From the NCBI GenBank assembly GCA_963664705.1, contig OY761556.1, positions 1,056,001 through 1,120,000 of the forward strand: 64,000 bases of DNA, given 5' to 3'. Positions within the stretch are counted from its first letter, which is position 1, and each line of letters opens with the position of its first letter. The DNA is from Acidobacteriota bacterium. Its GTDB lineage: Bacteria; Acidobacteriota; UBA6911. The notes under the pieces were generated by a model. The model was not told the origin of the DNA and did not search any database. It saw only the letters and a program-made list of their open reading frames with translations. The translations under genes were made by a program, and so were the position numbers. This document shows positions 20,601 through 29,583 of this stretch, piece by piece.

Positions 20601-21162
20601 GACGCGTGCCGTTGAATGAAGAGGCTCCAGGGTCATTCGGGTTGATCGAAACTCCCGGCTGGTAGATGACAAGCGACAGCGAATCTCTATTTAAATCCGG
20701 CAGCGCCTCAATCTGATGTCGAGAGAGCGCGTCTGAACGCGCCGATTCATTAGTATGGGTGGATTCTGCTACCGGAGATTCCTTGTCAATAGCGGAAACC
20801 TCGAAGCTGAATTCCTCCGTTATCGTGCCGGGCTGGAACAGCTGAATTCCCCGGTGGATCACGTCCTTGTAGCCTTTGGCCTTTACCGTTACGGTGTAAG
20901 TGCCCGGATGAAGCGCCAGGAACACATAGCGGCCTTCTTCGTCGCTCACCGTGGTGGATGGCTGGCTGGTTTTTTCCTCAACGGCTGTCAATGCAGCCCC
21001 GGCAAGCGAGTTGCCCGATGGATCCCAGACCGATCCCTCCAGACGGATATACCCAGTCTGGGCCGAAAGTGTAGCTGGAAGTCCTGAAAGAATTAGAACG
21101 GCACTAATCAAACCGCAGATGGAAAGAGTGGCAACTCGGGTCACTCCGCACCTCCTCTTCAT
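17683..21162 (-). CDS. Oar-like TonB-dependent receptor with N-terminal carboxypeptidase-regulatory-like domain
   Basis: G.V.DPSG..LAGA, PGTYTVTV, AEYGRTGG, FVQDDWR..NLTLNLGVRYE, PRRIQVGLRFAF with terminal Phe. Confidence 0.9.
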   Translation of the reverse strand: MKRRCGVTRVATLSICGLISAVLILSGLPATLSAQTGYIRLEGSVWDPSGNSLAGAALTAVEEKTSQPSTTVSDEEGRYVFLALHPGTYTVTVKAKGYKDVIHRGIQLFQPGTITEEFSFEVSAIDKESPVAESTHTNESARSDALSRHQIEALPDLNRDSLSLVIYQPGVSINPNDPGASSFNGTRPAMTATGIDGNATSNQVQPRLDIPVIAPDPDAVSDVQIITANGKAEYGRTGGAQVTVVSRPGSKSWSKEIYDYARNQNIDANDFFNNSRGITKPKLTRNVFGATVSGPVFGANNLLFLNFEGNHTNQQVSRIRSVLSDQAKAGIFRWYKPGTAILNSYDITSNDPRKLGIDPAVAAVLAKMPSPNVFVVGDGLNIAGYQFNNPAYLDSQSVNGRFDRNLSANHHLFIRANWSHLDATDLASGADATYPGEKAGTQLNRLYGFMVGSDLALGSNKLNQFRVSYFRPEAELKRPARLSTSMYIANTWTNPLDPSFPRSYKTPVFEISDYFAHSKTAHNLKYGATFRQTTQSSVDYTGVYPNITFGTTMGNAPSSNVGPSGVSVISNSDRLTFDNLYNDLLGRMESVSQTFNSSLTATLPTGTARSRDFTFREFSGFVQDDWRILPNLTLNLGVRYELSTVPNENNSFQAVLDQSSQISYSAHISNFKVVQGNGWYGRNNSDFAPRFGFAWDALGSGTLVLRGGFGIYYDRLIGAVTNFVDQNSYGFSQNVSLFPNSTGGDLRLSDGTPSPSQPSAPTAQLPVTRSTSIAILDPKLRTPRVYQFNITLEKRLWGAIWEASYVGTRGKNLFQMLNLNQTNTQGDFLNAFKELQAYRMFGTPTSPSNTLVRLFGSPMEAMKSLGNYVLDSGQVGAAADAVDRNYYFKYGAAGVSDFYLRNYPQFNRVYYGTNSAESWYDALQLGLRKSAKTYNLRAYYTWSKTLDTISSEGDSFVSSSNNRNPQIDRAPSDFDRTHLFNATFNWALPYGRSRSGDLEYSKWMDRILGGWNLGLIYVRQSGSRFSVNSGLQNQYAGVSSLANYDGSRNVGGIYKNIGIVYWFDPTLAALFTNPAAGKDANSGRNSFVGPEYKNIDALLQKKFRLHEGRDLQLRIEANNIFNSVHYANPVSDLNNVNFGTIVSSQGTPRRIQVGLRFAF

Positions 21163-21453
21163 TAAAAACTCGAATTGCGAACGAGCCTGCCCGGTCCCTC
21201 AAGGCTGTGTTGCGCCAATGCGCCGCCCATTCTTACATTAATAGGGATCTTTTGTCGATACCTGCTAATGGCATGGACAAAAGATAGATGAAATTTGCCG
21301 CAAACATTCTCATCCCGCAAGTGCAGATGTATCCTTTTCTCTGGCTTTGTCTTCGTTTTGGGCAAGATACCGCCGGATGGGGAATCAGGGTACCCCCCTC
21401 CTCCTATTTACTTCCCTCTATAAACTCTTGTCCCGAACATGGATCGTGTCGTA

Positions 21454-21459
21454 TATAAT
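21454..21459 (+). promoter_or_regulatory. Consensus -10 (TATAAT) upstream of the structured leader and Kelch gene
   Basis: gta TATAAT g, about 7 nt before the start of the paired region. Confidence 0.5.
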
Positions 21460-21465
21460 GTGCGC

Positions 21466-21597
21466 CTATTTTGGAATAGTTGGGTTTCGGACCGGTGGTC
21501 CTGAAACCTCTTTCATGAACCCTGATGGACCGGAACTCATCAGAGAGTCTTGAAGGCATGGGGTGCGCGGTGTGCTTTCCTGCCATATTCCAAGAGG
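21466..21597 (+). ncRNA. Candidate structured 5' leader or small RNA (multibranch)
   Basis: Closing stem ttttggaata / tattccaaga enclosing three hairpins; family not recognised. Confidence 0.4.
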
Positions 21598-21654
21598 ACA
21601 ATTAGTGTCTACCATTAATTAATGCCGCAGAAGCGGCACCCGTTTGGAGAGCGT

Positions 21655-24600
21655 ATGCGTTTCCGTTCCGTAATAATCTATCTGCTGCCGTTGCTGCTTT
21701 TGCCGATCCAGACCGCATCCGCACAAAAGCGTGTCTATACATCGGTGAATCCCAATTCAACCGCTCTAAACGGCACGGCAGATATGTATGATCCGCTAAC
21801 CGGCAAAATGACAGCCGTTTCGGGGCAGATGAATTATCCGCGCGAACGTCATATTGCTGCCCGGCTGACAAACGGCAAAGTGCTGATTGCCGGCGGATAC
21901 AACAATCGCTATCTGAACCTGGCGGAACTATTTGATCCTTCCACAGGGACCTTTGCATCGACAAAAACCAGCAGCAAAGACACTTCCCATAATCTGATTA
22001 CGGCACGCGCCGATGCTGCCTCCGTCGTTCTGACCGGCGGGACCGTCCTGATTCTTGGGGGATATAATGCGACTGACACGTTCCTGCAATCTGCGGAAAT
22101 CTTCGACTCAGGGACCAATAAGTTTTCGGCTACGGCGACGAATATGTCGGCAGCGCGAACGCGTCCGGTCGCTACTTTGCTCAGCGATGGCAATGTTCTG
22201 GTTACCGGGGGCTATAACGGGTCCTTTTTGAGCTCGGCGGATTTTTATTTCGCAAAAAACCGTTCGTTCCTCAATTCCAGTTCGACCATGTCTGATTCGC
22301 GTCAGGATCACACGGGAACGCTGCTTACAAGCGGCAAGGTGTTGATCGCCGGTGGCTGTACGGCTGCTGAAACCGGGCAGGTCTACTGCACCAAGTATTT
22401 GAGTTCCGCCGATATCTACGATCCGGAAAAAGATACTTTCACGGCAACCAATGCGATGAATACCGCGCGCGCCAACCACACCGCGACTTTGCTGCTGAAC
22501 GGTAAAGTGCTGATTGTCGGAGGATTGGCGGCGGATGGCTCCTTCGTGAAGACGGCCGAAATCTACGACCCCGTAACCGGAAAATTTGCCGCGACGGGCG
22601 ATCTGAATACTCCAAGGTTTCGCCATACCGCCACGTTGCTGCAGAACGGAAAAGTGCTGATTGCCGGAGGCTATGCGGGCCAAGCCTTGGCAGGATCTGA
22701 AATATATGATCCGCAATCCGGTACTTTTACGGTTGTCTCGTCTCCGATGACATCGGCTCGGTCCCAGCATTCGGCAACCCTCCTGGGCGATGGAAGGGTA
22801 ATGCTTGCCGGGGGCGAGAATTCCGATCTTATGATGTTTGATGTAAACCTGACCTCCACGGATAATGTGGCGCCCAATATCCTCTTTTCTGCGGATTCCA
22901 AGACCGGCTTTGTGTCCTATACGGGTTCCGGGACGGTTGTTTCCTTTTCGACCGCCACGGGCACGGTGCTCCGCCGGCTCAAAACCGGCGGTCGTCCGGT
23001 ATGGATGTCGCTGCTTCCCGACAAGTCGACACTTCTTGTCGTTTCCGCTTTGGATAACAAGATCTTTGTCATCGATGCCGCGAGCCTTACGCTGACGAAA
23101 ACGTATTCCTTTACCGGCACCTTTGGCTATGGGAGTCAGTTGACCTTTTCTCCGGATTCGGCCACCGGCTACATTTCCTCCACCGATACCGGAGAAGTCA
23201 TCAAATTTGAAATTGCTACCGGTAAGGAATTGGGGCGTCTGTCCGGCATGGGGGCTCCGGGACAGGTAACGATCACCAAAGACGGGAAAACCCTGATTGT
23301 TGTCGACGTCAGCCTGAATGAGCTTGTTTTCGCGGATGCCTCGACCATGAAGGCGAAGTTTAAAACCCAGCCGATTGACAATAAGGATGATGCGTCGGCC
23401 AGCTTCAGTGTTTTCAACAAAGCGGTCCTGAGCGCCGACGAAGAGCATGGCGTCATTGCCAGCCAGGACAGCGTCCTGCTGGTATTCAATGTTTCGACGG
23501 GAGAGATAACCAACCTTATCGCGGTTGGCGCCAGCCCCGGCTATACGACTCTGACAGCCAGCGGCCTGTTCTGGCTTGTGCTCTGTGATGGGACGTTCTC
23601 GGTGGTGCCCACATGGAGTCATGATTCCGCATTCAATTACTCCGTGCAGGCGGGGGCTTTGCGGTCCGGAAATATTGTGATTTCTCCGGATGTCCGGTAC
23701 GCCTACTGGGCTTCAGGCAGTGCGGACAGGGTTTATCAACAGGATTTTGGACTCGGTCCGGCTGTCGGCGCATTTAAGGTAGGGGATGAGGATCTTGGCG
23801 TAGATCAGCCCTCCAGCCTGGCATTCACACCGGATTACAGCAAACTGGCCGTCGTGAATTTTGAGAGCAATGAGCTCGATCTGCTCAGCGATGTCACGGT
23901 AATGAGAAATACCAAGTATGTCAGCGAAGCCGAAAAGTTCACCGGCCTTTCGGTTGTGAACCTTTCGAATACACCGGCCAATGTAACTTTCACGGCCATG
24001 ACCGATGCCGGTGCCGAATACCAGACGGATGACGGTGATTCCGACCTGACGGATGAAGTTCAGAACCCTGTGACGCTTCAGATTCCTGCGAATTCGCAAA
24101 AATCGGTGGATGTGGCGCAGCTCTTCAACATCAACACCAACACAACGAATTCGGGCTATCTATCCCTTATTTCCGACCAGCCTTCCATCGCAGCTTTCAG
24201 CGAAGTCGGCCAAATTCATTCGGACTTTCTGGATGCCTACTTGAGCAACGTCCAGGGGATCCCACTGAATGCAAATTATCGGGATACCATGTCCGACTGG
24301 ATTATCCCTGAGCTTCCTCAGGCTACCGGAACATCGGCAGAGTACAATTTTCTCAATCCGAACTATAACGCGGCGAGTTTCGACGTAACCCATTATGCGT
24401 CCGATGGGACACTGCTGCAGAAAAAGGCGTCCAATGCCATCAGCAGCAGCACCCGGCAGGCCAAAGCAGTCTCCGATCTCATCAGCACTATCGGCGTTGG
24501 GCAGATATTGATTGTCGGCGGATATGACTCGACCTCTACCAAAACCAGTGCCGAGCTTTTCAATTCCAGCAACTTTGCCAGCACCGGGAATCCCCCAACC

Positions 24601-26304
24601 GCCATGCAGGGTCATACCGCTACGATGCTCCGCAACGACAAGGTCCTCGTTGCCGGTGGTCGGAACGGCTCCATCACTCTGAGCAGTGCAGCGTTGTATG
24701 ACGCCGTGGCTACAAGCTTCAGCGTTACCCAGGGCGGCATGAATGCGGAACGTTACCGGCATACCGCAACGCTGCTGGCGAACGGCAAGGTGCTGATTGC
24801 CGGCGGACAAAATAGCGCCTCGATCAACAAGACCGCGGAATTGTACGATCCGAGCGAAAATTCTTTCGTCCTCACCGGCGCCATGACATCTCCAAGGGAT
24901 GCGCATACCGCCACGCTGCTGCAGGACGGAAGAGTCTTCATCGCCGGAGGTCTTGACGGCAACGGTACTTCCATAACTTCGGAAATTTATAATCCCGCAA
25001 CCGGCACTTTCAGCGCTGCGGCAAACATGAATGCGCGCCGCGCTTTCCATACAGCGGTACTGCTGGCAAATGGAAAGGTTCTGATTGTGGGAGGCTATAA
25101 CGGTACCTACCTCAATTCGGCGGAATTGTACGATCCCGCCTCAGGCGTGTTCACGCCGACCGGCAGTATGGCCATGGGCAGAGGCTGGCACACGGCAACT
25201 CTGCTGGCCGACGGTACAGTGCTGATCGCCGGTGGTTTGAATTCGACCGGATCGCTGGCCAGCGCAGAGATCTATTATCCGGACACGGGATTATTCCTCC
25301 CCACTTCATCGGATATGTCTTCGCCCAGAGCCTTCCATTCAGCGGCCCTGTATCTGACATTGAATGCAGTCGCCGATAACACGAATACAAAGGTGTTGAT
25401 CGCGGGTGGAGCCAACGGCAGCACAACATTGAGCAGTGCTGACATTTACGATCCGCTCAAGAGAACCTTTGTGCCGGCGAGTGACATGTCCACGACGCGC
25501 CAGGGGCATACCGCCACGATGCTGGTTGGAGGGGCCGAGGGTTATCTCCGGGTCACATCCAATTATGGGATGCTCTTTACCGAGATCTACAACAATGGCG
25601 GTGCGGATACGGGCATTAATGGGATTAACGTGGATCGCTATGAGGGGGTGAAGTCGATCTATTCTCCTCAGTTTGCAATCCTTCCGGATTACCAGACGCA
25701 TATTAATGTCATTAATGCCAATGAGGATGACGCGACGGTCAGTATCATTTTGCACGGGCCGGATGGTACTGTCCTGGGCAGCCCGCTGACCCGCGTGCTT
25801 GCCGCCAATGCGCAGATCAAAGGGAACCTCCTGGATCTCTTCAATAGCAATGCCCAGTTGGCAGGTAAAACCGGTTGGATCGAAGTGACAAGCAGCCTGG
25901 ATAAGATCGTCGGCATCGTTTCCTATACGAATCCCGGCAACAATTTCCTGACGGCTTATGAGCTATCCCGGGCGCCTTTGAAGAATTTCGTGCTTCCGCT
26001 GGTTTCGGAGGATTATCAGTACGCCACGGGAGTTGCCCTGCTCAACAGCGGCAGTGTGGCTGCCAACGTTCAGGTCGAGCTGTGGGGTCCCTCCGGCACA
26101 CTGGATTCCGTGCGCTCGATTACCCTGGCGCCGCATGCGCAAACGGCTCAGACCTTGAGCACTCTGTTTCCCGGCATGCATGATCACCGATCCGGCAACG
26201 TTCGGATCCATTCTGACCAGCCGCTGCATAGCTTCGCAGCTTTGTACAGTCAGGATCTTCGTTTCATAACGACCATTACTGCAGTTCCTTATCCGGGACA
26301 GTAG
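21655..26304 (+). CDS. Large secreted protein: Kelch propeller, YncE/YVTN-like propeller, second Kelch propeller, repeated beta-sandwich modules
   Basis: Many R..HTATLL.NGKVLIAGG repeats; signal peptide MRFRS...ASA; ATG 21655 after GGAGAG. Confidence 0.85.
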   Translation: MRFRSVIIYLLPLLLLPIQTASAQKRVYTSVNPNSTALNGTADMYDPLTGKMTAVSGQMNYPRERHIAARLTNGKVLIAGGYNNRYLNLAELFDPSTGTFASTKTSSKDTSHNLITARADAASVVLTGGTVLILGGYNATDTFLQSAEIFDSGTNKFSATATNMSAARTRPVATLLSDGNVLVTGGYNGSFLSSADFYFAKNRSFLNSSSTMSDSRQDHTGTLLTSGKVLIAGGCTAAETGQVYCTKYLSSADIYDPEKDTFTATNAMNTARANHTATLLLNGKVLIVGGLAADGSFVKTAEIYDPVTGKFAATGDLNTPRFRHTATLLQNGKVLIAGGYAGQALAGSEIYDPQSGTFTVVSSPMTSARSQHSATLLGDGRVMLAGGENSDLMMFDVNLTSTDNVAPNILFSADSKTGFVSYTGSGTVVSFSTATGTVLRRLKTGGRPVWMSLLPDKSTLLVVSALDNKIFVIDAASLTLTKTYSFTGTFGYGSQLTFSPDSATGYISSTDTGEVIKFEIATGKELGRLSGMGAPGQVTITKDGKTLIVVDVSLNELVFADASTMKAKFKTQPIDNKDDASASFSVFNKAVLSADEEHGVIASQDSVLLVFNVSTGEITNLIAVGASPGYTTLTASGLFWLVLCDGTFSVVPTWSHDSAFNYSVQAGALRSGNIVISPDVRYAYWASGSADRVYQQDFGLGPAVGAFKVGDEDLGVDQPSSLAFTPDYSKLAVVNFESNELDLLSDVTVMRNTKYVSEAEKFTGLSVVNLSNTPANVTFTAMTDAGAEYQTDDGDSDLTDEVQNPVTLQIPANSQKSVDVAQLFNINTNTTNSGYLSLISDQPSIAAFSEVGQIHSDFLDAYLSNVQGIPLNANYRDTMSDWIIPELPQATGTSAEYNFLNPNYNAASFDVTHYASDGTLLQKKASNAISSSTRQAKAVSDLISTIGVGQILIVGGYDSTSTKTSAELFNSSNFASTGNPPTAMQGHTATMLRNDKVLVAGGRNGSITLSSAALYDAVATSFSVTQGGMNAERYRHTATLLANGKVLIAGGQNSASINKTAELYDPSENSFVLTGAMTSPRDAHTATLLQDGRVFIAGGLDGNGTSITSEIYNPATGTFSAAANMNARRAFHTAVLLANGKVLIVGGYNGTYLNSAELYDPASGVFTPTGSMAMGRGWHTATLLADGTVLIAGGLNSTGSLASAEIYYPDTGLFLPTSSDMSSPRAFHSAALYLTLNAVADNTNTKVLIAGGANGSTTLSSADIYDPLKRTFVPASDMSTTRQGHTATMLVGGAEGYLRVTSNYGMLFTEIYNNGGADTGINGINVDRYEGVKSIYSPQFAILPDYQTHINVINANEDDATVSIILHGPDGTVLGSPLTRVLAANAQIKGNLLDLFNSNAQLAGKTGWIEVTSSLDKIVGIVSYTNPGNNFLTAYELSRAPLKNFVLPLVSEDYQYATGVALLNSGSVAANVQVELWGPSGTLDSVRSITLAPHAQTAQTLSTLFPGMHDHRSGNVRIHSDQPLHSFAALYSQDLRFITTITAVPYPGQ

Positions 26305-26305
26305 A

Positions 26306-26623
26306 TTGGAGAATCTGTTCGGCGTACTCTTTTCGGTTTGTCGCGGAACGCCCGAACAAGGCGAATGGGTTGTTGCCTGTCTTCAGGGAGCCTGGCCAAA
26401 GCTCATAGGAGACAGGCTGGCCGGTGTGTGTACTCCGGTCTTATTTGATGGATCGACTCTTGTGATAGAAACAAGGGATCGTCAATGGAAAGAAGCAGTT
26501 AGCAGCATTAAATCCGCTTTGCTGGAAAAACTTCAATGTGCCACGGCCGGCGAAGTTAAAAAAATCAGGATTGTTCATTGCCCGATGGCCACAGCCGAAC
26601 ATCCTGAATCCTCTGATGACTGA
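26306..26623 (+). CDS. DUF721/DciA family protein
   Basis: AWPKLIG..LA...P..F.G.TLVI...W pattern; 105 aa. Confidence 0.65.
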   Translation: MENLFGVLFSVCRGTPEQGEWVVACLQGAWPKLIGDRLAGVCTPVLFDGSTLVIETRDRQWKEAVSSIKSALLEKLQCATAGEVKKIRIVHCPMATAEHPESSDD

Positions 26624-26627
26624 ATCA

Positions 26628-26656
26628 TTGCAGAGCGGAGATCTGTGTGGTAACCT
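26628..26656 (+). promoter_or_regulatory. Sigma70 promoter of rpsO
   Basis: TTGCAG-17 nt-TAACCT with TG extension. Confidence 0.55.
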
Positions 26657-26698
26657 TTAACGCTTTCTATATTTAAGGCTTGTGATGCGGAGGATGAA

Positions 26699-26968
26699 TT
26701 GTCACTTACAGCAGAAAGAAAGACCGAAATCGTAGATGCCTATCGAACTCACAATACCGATACGGGGTCTCCGGAAGTCCAGATCGCGATTTTGAGCGAA
26801 AAGATCTCTTATTTGACCGATCATTTTAAGGTGCATGCAAAAGACCATCATTCGCGCCGCGGATTGCTGCGGATGGTCGGAAAGCGTCGTCGCCTGCTGG
26901 ACTATCTCAAGGATAAGGATGTTGCGAGATATCGGACCGTCATTGAAAGGCTCGGTATTCGTAAGTAA
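26699..26968 (+). CDS. rpsO: 30S ribosomal protein S15
   Basis: [31 protein letters not shown]. Confidence 0.98.
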   Translation: MSLTAERKTEIVDAYRTHNTDTGSPEVQIAILSEKISYLTDHFKVHAKDHHSRRGLLRMVGKRRRLLDYLKDKDVARYRTVIERLGIRK

Positions 26969-27100
26969 AAGGTATGCCCGGTTCCATTCTGTGACCGCAT
27001 TCCATGGACCGGGCTGCTGGTGTCTCGGCATTGGTGCTTTAAGATATGAGTTCTAAGAGTCCGAGAATTCGCACTCTGTCCTTAATCAACATACACCGGG

Positions 27101-27167
27101 GGAATGGGTGTGAGTTATGAGCCAAGGGTTATTGCAGAATAATCCTTAGCTCAGAACTCATATTTCC
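27101..27167 (+). promoter_or_regulatory. Long stem-loop in the pnp leader
   Basis: tgagttatgagccaagggttatt / aataatccttagctcagaactca. Confidence 0.6.
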
Positions 27168-27226
27168 TTGTTCATAATTCCCGCCCTCCAGAACCCCCGA
27201 GTCATTCACTCTACATGGAGGAATAA

Positions 27227-29437
27227 ATGGTTCATCGAGTATCTGCCGAAATCGGCGGGCTTGAGTTTTCCATAGAGATGGGAAGAATCGCGAAGCAGGC
27301 CGATGGGGCTGCTTTCGTTAGCTATGGAGATACAGTTGTTTTTGTGGCCGCCTGTGCCGCCAAAGTGGCAAAGGAAGGCCAAGATTTTTTCCCGCTGACA
27401 GTCGATTATAGGGAAAATACCTACGCAGCAGGGAAGATTCCCGGCGGCTTTTTCAAGCGAGAGGGACGTCCGACCGAAAAAGAAGTCCTGACGTCGCGCC
27501 TGATCGACCGCCCCATGCGCCCGTTGTTCGCGGAAGGCTTCAGCAACGAAACCCAGATCATCGCTATGGTATTGTCGGCGGATAAGGAAAACGACCCCGA
27601 CATCATGGGGATTACGGGAGCTTCCGCCGCAGCTTACTGCTCGCCTATCCCGTTTAACAATCCGATCGGTGCGGTTCGCGTGGGATACATGAACGATCAG
27701 TTCGTTGTAAATCCCCCGATCAGCAAGCTGAAAGACAGCAGCCTGAATCTTACGGTCGCCGGAACGGAAGACGCGCTCGTAATGGTGGAAGCGGGTGCAA
27801 ACGAGATTTCCGAAGACATGATGGTGGAGGCGCTTGATTTCGCCCACGGCATCATCCGTAAACTGATTGCGCTGCAGAAAGAGCTGTACGAGAAGGTCCA
27901 GCCTGTCAAACGACAGGTTACAAAGCCTGAACTGGATGCTGCGGAAGTGGCGCGGATCGAGAAAGACTTTTCCGCAAAAATTTCGGAAGCTATGCACGTC
28001 AAGGGCAAACTCGAGAGCTACGCACAACTCGATAAGGTCAAAGACGAGATTATCGCTTCCGTGCCTGAAGAGGAAACGGAAAAGCGGAAGCAGGCTGCCA
28101 AGATTTATCATCATGTGATGGAGAGGATTTTCCGCACCGAGATGCTGGAACAGCGGCGCAGACCGGACGGCCGCCAGTTCAATGAGATCCGGCCCATAAG
28201 CGGCGAGGTGTCTCTGCTGCCTCGGACTCACGGTTCAGCCCTGTTTACCCGTGGTGAGACGCAGGCGCTGGTGACCGCCACTCTGGGAACTGCGGATGAT
28301 GAACAACGCATGGATACTCTCGAAGGCGAATCCTTCAAGAGATTTATGCTGCACTATAATTTCCCTCCCTTCAGCGTGGGAGAGACCAAGCCTTTGCGCG
28401 GCCCCGGCCGGCGCGAAATAGGACACGGCGCTCTGGCGGAAAGAAGTATCGCCCCGATCATGCCGACGGAAGAGGCCTTCCCTTATACGGTGCGTGTTGT
28501 CTCCGACATCATGGAAAGCAACGGTTCCTCTTCGATGGCAACAGTTTGCGGTGGTGTCCTGGCCCTGATGGATGCTGGTGTTCCCATCAAGGCGCCCGTT
28601 GCCGGCGTGGCGATGGGGCTGGTGAAGGAAGGCGATAGCTACGCGATCCTGACCGATATTGCCGGAGCTGAAGATCATTACGGCGATATGGACTTCAAGG
28701 TGGCCGGAACCGAAAAGGGAATTACCGGTCTCCAGATGGACATCAAGATGTGCGGGATCGACAAGAAGATCATGGCGGAGGCACTGGCGCAGGCCAAGGA
28801 AGGACGACTCTTCATCCTTCGACGGATGACGGAGTGCCTGGAGAATGCGCGGCAGGAAATTTCTCCGTATGCGCCGCGGATTATCACGATTCAGATCCCG
28901 AAGGATAAGATCGGCGGAGTCATCGGCACCGGCGGAAAGGTCATCCGTGGCATCATTGAGCAGACCGGCGTCAAAATCGATATTGAAGATGACGGCAAGG
29001 TCAACATTGCTTCCACCGATACCGATTCAGCCCAGCGCGCCATCCGAATGATTGAAGATCTCGTGATGGAAGCGGAGGTAGGGAAGACTTATCTTGGAAC
29101 CGTAACGAGGCTTGTGGATTTCGGAGCCTTTGTGGAGATCTTCCCCGGAACCGAGGGATTGCTGCACATTTCGGAAGTTGCGGATTTCCGGGTCCAGGAT
29201 ATCAACTCGGAACTCAAAGTCGGCGATCAGATTCCGGTGAAGGTCATCAGCATCGAGCCGCCTAATAAGATTCGGTTGAGCAGAAAAGCGGTTCTGAGAG
29301 AGCAGGCAGGACTCCCACCGCTTGATCCTGCACCGCGTCCACCGCGACGCGATCATCCGGATCGCCGTCCAGGCGGACACAGAGATGATCGACGGCCTCG
29401 TGGCGGAGATCGCGGCGGTCATCGTCGGAATTACTGA
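27227..29437 (+). CDS. pnp: Polyribonucleotide nucleotidyltransferase
   Basis: FFPLTVDY, SRLIDRP.RP, HGSALFTRGETQ, ESNGSSSMA, KH and S1 domains. Confidence 0.98.
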   Translation: MVHRVSAEIGGLEFSIEMGRIAKQADGAAFVSYGDTVVFVAACAAKVAKEGQDFFPLTVDYRENTYAAGKIPGGFFKREGRPTEKEVLTSRLIDRPMRPLFAEGFSNETQIIAMVLSADKENDPDIMGITGASAAAYCSPIPFNNPIGAVRVGYMNDQFVVNPPISKLKDSSLNLTVAGTEDALVMVEAGANEISEDMMVEALDFAHGIIRKLIALQKELYEKVQPVKRQVTKPELDAAEVARIEKDFSAKISEAMHVKGKLESYAQLDKVKDEIIASVPEEETEKRKQAAKIYHHVMERIFRTEMLEQRRRPDGRQFNEIRPISGEVSLLPRTHGSALFTRGETQALVTATLGTADDEQRMDTLEGESFKRFMLHYNFPPFSVGETKPLRGPGRREIGHGALAERSIAPIMPTEEAFPYTVRVVSDIMESNGSSSMATVCGGVLALMDAGVPIKAPVAGVAMGLVKEGDSYAILTDIAGAEDHYGDMDFKVAGTEKGITGLQMDIKMCGIDKKIMAEALAQAKEGRLFILRRMTECLENARQEISPYAPRIITIQIPKDKIGGVIGTGGKVIRGIIEQTGVKIDIEDDGKVNIASTDTDSAQRAIRMIEDLVMEAEVGKTYLGTVTRLVDFGAFVEIFPGTEGLLHISEVADFRVQDINSELKVGDQIPVKVISIEPPNKIRLSRKAVLREQAGLPPLDPAPRPPRRDHPDRRPGGHRDDRRPRGGDRGGHRRNY

Positions 29438-29580
29438 TTGTAGATTGCGGATTTCGGATTGCGGACTGTAAGGTGAAGTCCGGAATCCGAAATCCGCGGA
29501 ATGATTAACCGTAGGTGTTCTTCTGCGGATGCGAATGCGGAATTATCCAGATCCGCAATCTGCAGTCCGCAATCCGCAAT
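29436..29580. repeat. Heptamer (GATTGCG / CGCAATC) tandem arrays arranged as inverted repeats
   Basis: gattgta gattgcg gatttcg gattgcg gactgta ... agtccgg aatccga aatccgc; second set ending atccgcaatctgcagtccgcaatccgcaat. Confidence 0.85.
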
Positions 29581-29583
29581 GCT

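Noticed and set aside
21466-21597. 6S RNA, SRP RNA or c-di-GMP riboswitch identity for the structured leader
   Set aside because: Too short and branched for 6S; lacks the SRP domain IV motif and the GGCAAA/GAAA/GCAAA hallmarks; kept only as an unassigned candidate
22108-23622. 504-aa antisense ORF (likewise 22..876, 27206..28231, 35223..36434, 32557..33375, 60396..61190)
   Set aside because: Shadow ORFs opposite well-supported genes, expected from codon bias; no independent motifs
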